A stretch of DNA of 64,000 nucleotides from Desulfosoma sp. (GTDB lineage: Bacteria; Desulfobacterota; Syntrophobacteria; Syntrophobacterales; DSM-9756). A model generated the notes under the pieces. That model was not told the origin of the DNA. It was given only the letters and a program-made list of their open reading frames with translations, and made no database searches. This document shows positions 58,776 to 64,000 of the stretch, in pieces. The stretch is from contig JBBFKW010000011.1 in assembly GCA_037481835.1 (NCBI GenBank), forward strand, positions 32,001 to 96,000. Reading direction: 5' to 3'. A program made the translations under genes and the position numbers. Positions within the stretch are counted from its first letter, which is position 1; every line of letters starts with the position of its first letter.

Positions 58776-59852
58776 ATGCGCGACCTTCTGGAACTCACCA
58801 AAAAACTTATCACCTTCCGGACCATGCACACTCGGCCGGATGAGATCCGCCGGTGCGCTGATTTCATCGAATCCTTCCTGCGATCCGTTCCGGTTGGAGT
58901 GAGGCGCATGGAGCGCGACGGCATTCCCTCCCTCTGGGTCCTTCCGGAGGCGGATCGCGTGCCTGTGCTCCTCATGAGCCATATCGACGTGGTTGCCGCG
59001 CCGGAATCCCTGTTCGAACCCGTGGAACGGGACGGCTGCCTGTACGGCCGAGGAAGCATCGACGACAAGTACGCCGTTGCCCTATCCCTCCTGCTCCTCG
59101 CTCGACATGTGAAGGAACAGGCTGCCCGCGGCCAAGGGCTGGAACGCCTTCCCTTCGGCATTCTCATCACGGGGGATGAGGAGATCGGGGGCTACCGTGG
59201 GGCCCGAGAGGCTCTGCCCGGAATCCCTGCGGATTTCGCCATTGCCTTGGACGGCGGAAGCCTCCACGAAATCATCGTCAAAGAAAAGGGAATCCTGCGC
59301 CTTCGCTTGATCGCCCAGGGCAGGACTGCTCATGGGGCCCGGCCTTGGCTCGGCCGAAACGCCATCGAAATCCTCATGGACGATCTCAACGCCGTGAAGG
59401 CCCTGTTTGCCGAACACACCGAAGATCACTGGCACCGCACGCTCAATATCGGCCTCATCCAGGGAGGCGTGTCCGTCAACCAGGTTCCCGACAGGGCGGA
59501 AGCGCACCTGGACATCCGATACACGGAAAACGACGATCCGGACGACCTTGTGGATGCCATCCGTCGCGCAGTGCGGTCCCATGTGGACGTGGTGGAGTGC
59601 GAGCCCCTGTTCCTCGGGGAGACTTCCGGCCCGGTCCAGATCCTCTTGAACCTCGTCCCGGGGGCCCGTCTCGGCCGAGCCCACGGGGCTTCAGATGCTC
59701 GGTTTCTCTCCCAGTTCGGTATCCCCGGCGTTGTCTGGGGCGCCGACGGCGAAGAAAGCCAGCATGCGGAAAACGAGCACGTGACCATCGACAGCATGGT
59801 GCGGCTTTACGAGACTCTTGATCAATTCGTGCGGATTTTGGGGAACAGTTGA
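58776..59852 (+). CDS. M20 family metallopeptidase/deacylase
   Basis: SHIDVV, GRGSIDDK, DEEIG, EKG, G..AHG..P, GASD and H..NE motifs. Confidence 0.92.
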   Translation: MRDLLELTKKLITFRTMHTRPDEIRRCADFIESFLRSVPVGVRRMERDGIPSLWVLPEADRVPVLLMSHIDVVAAPESLFEPVERDGCLYGRGSIDDKYAVALSLLLLARHVKEQAARGQGLERLPFGILITGDEEIGGYRGAREALPGIPADFAIALDGGSLHEIIVKEKGILRLRLIAQGRTAHGARPWLGRNAIEILMDDLNAVKALFAEHTEDHWHRTLNIGLIQGGVSVNQVPDRAEAHLDIRYTENDDPDDLVDAIRRAVRSHVDVVECEPLFLGETSGPVQILLNLVPGARLGRAHGASDARFLSQFGIPGVVWGADGEESQHAENEHVTIDSMVRLYETLDQFVRILGNS

Positions 59853-59897
59853 ACAGCCTCCCCAAATGTTTAGCCCCTCTTGAACAAAGGATATGTG

Positions 59898-60299
59898 ATG
59901 GACGAAAAACCGCGGCTCCTCGTGTGGAACTTCACCCCGGAGGAAAAGGAGAAACTCGATCGCATGTTGGAATTGGTCAAGGCCCCTCCGGCTTTCAGCA
60001 TCTCTCCCTCCCAGGGGCACATGCTGGTTCGCGATATCCTTCACTCGGATCAGGCGGGGACCGAAGAGTTCGTGTGCGACGAAAAAATCGTCCTTTTCTA
60101 CAACATTCCCCAGAAAGGCGTTTTGTTCCTCATCCAAAAGTTCAAAGACGCCGATTTGCCCCGCCCCATTTTCGCCGTCGTCACCGAGCATTCCATCAAC
60201 TGGCCTTTCAGCGAACTGGCGGCGCATCTCATCGAAGAGCGCCGTGCGGTTCGGGAGCGGTCCAAAAAGGGGGACACGGATACGGAGTCTTCTTCGTAA
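59898..60299 (+). CDS. DUF3783-like protein
   Basis: C-terminal FAVVT..S.NW.F.EL..HL.EE pattern. Confidence 0.7.
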   Translation: MDEKPRLLVWNFTPEEKEKLDRMLELVKAPPAFSISPSQGHMLVRDILHSDQAGTEEFVCDEKIVLFYNIPQKGVLFLIQKFKDADLPRPIFAVVTEHSINWPFSELAAHLIEERRAVRERSKKGDTDTESSS

Positions 60300-60346
60300 C
60301 GGCCTTGTGGCACGGGGCCATTTCGAACCGACAATCGGAGGACGGC

Positions 60347-61783
60347 ATGAGCCTAAAGCGAATCACGAAGAACGCGGTGTTTCTCTCTTTAGTCTGGATG
60401 TTTGTCGGTGCGGCGATCGCATGGGCTGAGGTTCGGGAACGCACCGTCACGATCAGCCAAAGCGGGATCGCCCTCTTTCGGGAAGTGGATGTGCTGGCTG
60501 TTCCCCCGGGACGTCACACCGTGGTTCTCGAAGGGTTTCCCCAGACCATGGATTTGGAAACCCTGACGGTTCGGCCCTTGACGGAAGGGGAAAACCTCTC
60601 GACCTATACTTTGGTCGCCCATTACCGGCCGATTTCGGAAAACCAGCTTCTCAAGAACTTTGTCGGCAAGCAGGTGGATCTGGTCATGACCAATCCCAAG
60701 GGGAGTCTGGACGCCCGCATGGTGCGGCGTGTCCAGGTGCTTTCGGAGGGGACCGAAGGGGGATCACCGGTGTTCCTCACGGAAGACGGGGTGTACACGG
60801 GCGAGTATCACGGGATCTTTTTCCCGTCCCTTCCCGAGGTCCTGACGGCGGAACCCAAGGCTTTTTGGGACGTGGAAAATAAGAATAAGGCCCCCGTGGA
60901 GGTCCGCGCGGAAAGGCTTTACGAGGCGAGCGGCCTGCAGTGGAAGGCCTTTTACGTGCTTTACCTCAATGCTGAAGCATCGCAGGCGGCCCTGGAAGGC
61001 CGGGTTCTTTTACATAACACCACGGACGTGGATTTTCCGGGCGTCAAGGTTCTGCTGCTGGCCGGGGATCTGCGCCAAGCTCGCCGCGGCGTCACGCCTC
61101 GAGCGCCCATGGCCGACATGGCCCGTGCGGCCAAAGCCGCCGCTCCCATGGAAGCGACGCCTGTGTTCGAATACCACTTGTATCGGCTTCCTGAGCCTGT
61201 CACGCTGGGGGCCGGAGATCCCGTGCAGGTGACCTTGGTGAAGGCGCCTTCGGTTCCCGTGGAACGGCGGTTGGTGAGCACGGGGGACGGGTCCGGGGCG
61301 GAATGGGGCCGCGAACGCAACGAAAGCCAAAAGCAGCCGGTCAGGGCTTTGTTCGATATCCGGAACGAAGTCGGAGCGGGCTTGGGCATGCCCCTGCCCG
61401 CCGGCCAGGTGTCGGCCCGCCTGATCACGGAAAATGGGGAAGCCATCCCCTTGGGCGAAGATACCATTGAGCACACGCCCGTCCATGGAACGCTTCATTT
61501 GGAATTCGGCCGGTCTTTCGACGTGCGGGTGGAACGCGCCCTCGTGGAGGCCAAAAAAGTGGGCCAACAGGTGCAACGCCTGCGGTGGGTTTTGACCGTC
61601 TTTAACGGCAAGGCTCAGCCGGAACGGATTTTCTTGGAAGACACCCTGTCCGGGGACTGGAAGATCATCCAGTCGAGCCAGCCTTACGAAAAGGTCCACG
61701 CCGGGCTTGTGCGCTTTCCCGTGGAGGTGCCGGCCCAGGGACGAGCGGAAGTCTCCTACGAAGTGGAAATAACGTCCCGGTGA
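60347..61783 (+). CDS. Secreted DUF4139/DUF4140-like protein
   Basis: Signal peptide (AWA-E), ALFRE, Y..SGL.W.A.Y, FEYHLY, GLGMPLPAG.V, I.HTP and FDV motifs. Confidence 0.8.
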   Translation: MSLKRITKNAVFLSLVWMFVGAAIAWAEVRERTVTISQSGIALFREVDVLAVPPGRHTVVLEGFPQTMDLETLTVRPLTEGENLSTYTLVAHYRPISENQLLKNFVGKQVDLVMTNPKGSLDARMVRRVQVLSEGTEGGSPVFLTEDGVYTGEYHGIFFPSLPEVLTAEPKAFWDVENKNKAPVEVRAERLYEASGLQWKAFYVLYLNAEASQAALEGRVLLHNTTDVDFPGVKVLLLAGDLRQARRGVTPRAPMADMARAAKAAAPMEATPVFEYHLYRLPEPVTLGAGDPVQVTLVKAPSVPVERRLVSTGDGSGAEWGRERNESQKQPVRALFDIRNEVGAGLGMPLPAGQVSARLITENGEAIPLGEDTIEHTPVHGTLHLEFGRSFDVRVERALVEAKKVGQQVQRLRWVLTVFNGKAQPERIFLEDTLSGDWKIIQSSQPYEKVHAGLVRFPVEVPAQGRAEVSYEVEITSR

Positions 61784-61917
61784 TCCAGGAAGGAGCGGTC
61801 CCCTCGCTGATGTTTTTCTGGAGCGGGGGGCCTCCTGCAGGGCGCGAAAACACATCCGTTTTCATTGGCTGTTTTTCCGAAGATCAGCGGGTGCGGTTGT
61901 GCGCGGCCCGCGCCTTC

Positions 61918-62862
61918 TCAGCGGGGAGCCGCGGCCGGGTCCGTCGATCCGGCAGGGGGAAACAAGGATGGGTAGAGGCGCCGTGCCAGGTCTTCCACGG
62001 CCTCTACGGCTCGAGGCCCCGGTCGGGAATACAGGGCTTCGTCCACCATGAAAACGCGGCCGGAACGCACCGCGCGCAGCCGGTCGAAATGGGGGCGTTC
62101 CTGGGGAAGCACGGGACTGGGGTTCATGGGCCCCTTTTGAACGATGTATCCATCAGGGTCCAGGGCCAGGACGTTTTCCACGGACGTCTGAACGATGGGC
62201 TCCGGGAGCGATACGGCGTTTACGGCGCCCACGGCTTCCATGACGGCGTTGGGCATGCCGCCGCGGCCCGCCACGGCCAGGGGGTCGGCCTGGATTTCAA
62301 AAACCAGCCGAGGCCTTTCTGAAACCTGGGCGCACCGGCTGCGCACGGCATCGAGGCGCTGGCGCAGTCCGGCGATGGCGCGCCGGGCGTTTTCCGCGTT
62401 TCCTGTGAGGATCCCCAACCGCTCCATGGCCGAAAAAACGCCCTCAAAATCCTTGGGGGCGAAGACGGCCACGGGAATGCCCGCTTCCGCCATGCGGGCC
62501 GATTCCGGATCGGCGCTTCTGCGGCTGGCGCTTTGAACGACGAGGTCGGGTTTAAGCCCGATGATCATTTCCACGTTGGGCCGCATGTGCGTGCCGACGG
62601 ACGGGAGGCGGCTGATTTCCGGAGGATAGGCGTCCGCCTGGGTGCGCCCCACCACGGCGGATCCGGCTCCGATGGCGTAAAGCATCTCCGCAAAAGCCCC
62701 GTAGAGGGGGATGACGCGCCGGGCCGGCGCCTCGAGCCGCACCGTTCGGCCGGTATCGTCCACCACGTCCACGGCCGCCTGGGCCGTTCCCAAGAGCATC
62801 CACAGGATCAGGCAAACCGCCCACAGGCCCAACCACCCTTCGTGCCGTGACGGACTTATCAC
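61918..62862 (-). CDS. Corrinoid/iron-chelate ABC transporter substrate-binding protein
   Basis: VDDTGR.V..PARRVI, E.I..LKPDLV and SRPGPR motifs; GTG start after GAGGAGG (alternative ATG at 62904). Confidence 0.88.
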   Translation of the reverse strand: MISPSRHEGWLGLWAVCLILWMLLGTAQAAVDVVDDTGRTVRLEAPARRVIPLYGAFAEMLYAIGAGSAVVGRTQADAYPPEISRLPSVGTHMRPNVEMIIGLKPDLVVQSASRRSADPESARMAEAGIPVAVFAPKDFEGVFSAMERLGILTGNAENARRAIAGLRQRLDAVRSRCAQVSERPRLVFEIQADPLAVAGRGGMPNAVMEAVGAVNAVSLPEPIVQTSVENVLALDPDGYIVQKGPMNPSPVLPQERPHFDRLRAVRSGRVFMVDEALYSRPGPRAVEAVEDLARRLYPSLFPPAGSTDPAAAPR

Positions 62863-62935
62863 CGAAATCCTCCTCTTATCTATTGCGGCGGGCGTGCCCG
62901 CCATCGTGGTATCCAGGCCGGAGCACCCAGCCTCC

Positions 62936-63739
62936 CTACGGCTCGCCGACGATGGTTTTCTCATTGCGGGGGGCGAAAAACACCTGCTGCACCCCGTCTC
63001 GGCCGGGCACGGGGTAGACGGACGCCGGGGTTTCGTAAACGGTTTCCAAAATGTCGGCCTTGAGCACCTCCTTTGTCGGGCCGTCGGCGACAATGCGGCC
63101 GCCTTTGAGGAAAACGAGACGCCGGCAGAAGACGGCGGCGGTGTTGATGTCGTGGAGCACGGCGACGATGGTTCGCCCTTCTTTTTCCTGCAGGGTTTTC
63201 AGCAGGGAGAAGATCTGGAGCTTTCGATGGACGTCCATGGCGGATACGGCCTCGTCCAAAAGCAGCACCGGAGTGTCCTGAGCCAGGGCCTTGGCGACGA
63301 AAACCCTTTGCCGCTCCCCGCCGCTCACGCCGGTGATGGGCCGCTCGGCCAGATCCAGCGTCTCGGTCCGTTCCATGGCCTGCCGCACGGCCTCCTCGTC
63401 CTCGGGCGTTTCATGCCCGCCCCGCTTCTGGTGAGGGTATCGTCCCATGGCCACCACGTCCCAACAGGAAAAAGGGTAAGGGACATGGACGTCTTGAGGG
63501 ACGACCGCGATGTGTCGGGCCCTTTCCCGGTGGGGGACCGTGACCAGGGGACGGCCGTTTAGGCGGATGCGCCCCGCCGTTACCGGCAAAACGCCGCTCA
63601 GAGCGAGGATGAGCGTGGTCTTGCCGGATCCGTTTGGGCCCAAGACGCCGACAAACTCCCCCGCCCCGATGGACAGGTGGACGTCGTGGAGGACCTTTCG
63701 GTCCGGATACCCGCAATGGACATGCTCGAGTTCAATCAC
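62936..63739 (-). CDS. Corrinoid/iron-chelate ABC transporter ATP-binding protein
   Basis: GPNGSGKT, VSGGERQR, LLLDE and HDIN motifs; GTGA overlap with the permease. Confidence 0.93.
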   Translation of the reverse strand: MIELEHVHCGYPDRKVLHDVHLSIGAGEFVGVLGPNGSGKTTLILALSGVLPVTAGRIRLNGRPLVTVPHRERARHIAVVPQDVHVPYPFSCWDVVAMGRYPHQKRGGHETPEDEEAVRQAMERTETLDLAERPITGVSGGERQRVFVAKALAQDTPVLLLDEAVSAMDVHRKLQIFSLLKTLQEKEGRTIVAVLHDINTAAVFCRRLVFLKGGRIVADGPTKEVLKADILETVYETPASVYPVPGRDGVQQVFFAPRNEKTIVGEP

Positions 63740-64000
63740 AGCGCCACGGCCTTTTTCTTCCGGATCAAAAGATAGGCGAAAAAAGGCGCTCCCAAAATGG
63801 CCGTCACCACCCCGAGAGGGATTTCGCGGCCGTCGGCAAGGATCGTTCGAGCCAGCGTATCGGAGACCAGGGTGAGCAGGGCGCCGAGGATCATGGCGGC
63901 GGGAAGCAGCTGTTTGTGTGCCGGGCCGAGGCACAAACGGGCCACATGAGGGACCACCAGTCCGATGAATCCCACAACCCCGCTCACGGCCACGGCGGCC
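63736..64000 (-). CDS. FecCD/BtuC-family ABC permease (5'-truncated by window edge)
   Basis: SG.VGFIGLVVPH.AR, D.LART and EIPLGVVTA.LGAPFF motifs. Confidence 0.9.
   Translation of the reverse strand, partial: AAVAVSGVVGFIGLVVPHVARLCLGPAHKQLLPAAMILGALLTLVSDTLARTILADGREIPLGVVTAILGAPFFAYLLIRKKKAVAL

Noticed and set aside
59849..60346. N-terminal extension of the DUF4139 ORF; similar extensions on mqnD, ispH, GT2, korB, ADH and the ABC ATPase
   Set aside because: Most extensions overlap neighbouring genes (the mqnD one also spans a REP remnant); downstream starts with RBSs or family-typical N-termini fit better.

Overview
GC-rich (~60%) bacterial chromosome segment whose gene content (Sec-type HdrA, HdrL-like and HdrD-like proteins, AOR, IspH-UbiA fusion, futalosine menaquinone genes, CheD-HDOD) points to an anaerobic, probably sulfate-reducing or syntrophic Desulfobacterota (inference). 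It holds about 50 mostly housekeeping or metabolic genes: an amino-acid ABC transporter, a 2-oxoacid:ferredoxin oxidoreductase operon running into an HdrL / MvhD-HdrD / HdrA(Sec)-MvhD module, an RND efflux system, dusB-ispH/ubiA-GT2, mqnB-mqnD, pgi, purB, trkAH, sfsA-eno-coaE-sdhAB, AOR-ADH, a cNMP-methyltransferase/hybrid kinase pair, zraP-like, cheD-HDOD, comEA and a corrinoid/iron ABC transporter. Signals the ORF track misses are: an in-frame UGA plus SECIS-like hairpin in hdrA, an in-frame TAA in a VWA-discoidin gene, a C8-tract frameshift separating TolC from its signal peptide, a decayed HEPN-MNT toxin-antitoxin relic, a family of GTAG-type REP palindromes and a ~260-nt nested-stem intergenic element upstream of pgi. 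The best candidate for an undescribed system is a cNMP-binding-domain/PhcB-like methyltransferase co-oriented with a membrane hybrid kinase, a possible nucleotide-gated fatty-acid-methyl-ester signalling module. No rRNA, tRNA, CRISPR array or intact transposase was seen. All family calls rest on motif recognition by eye; no database searches were run.
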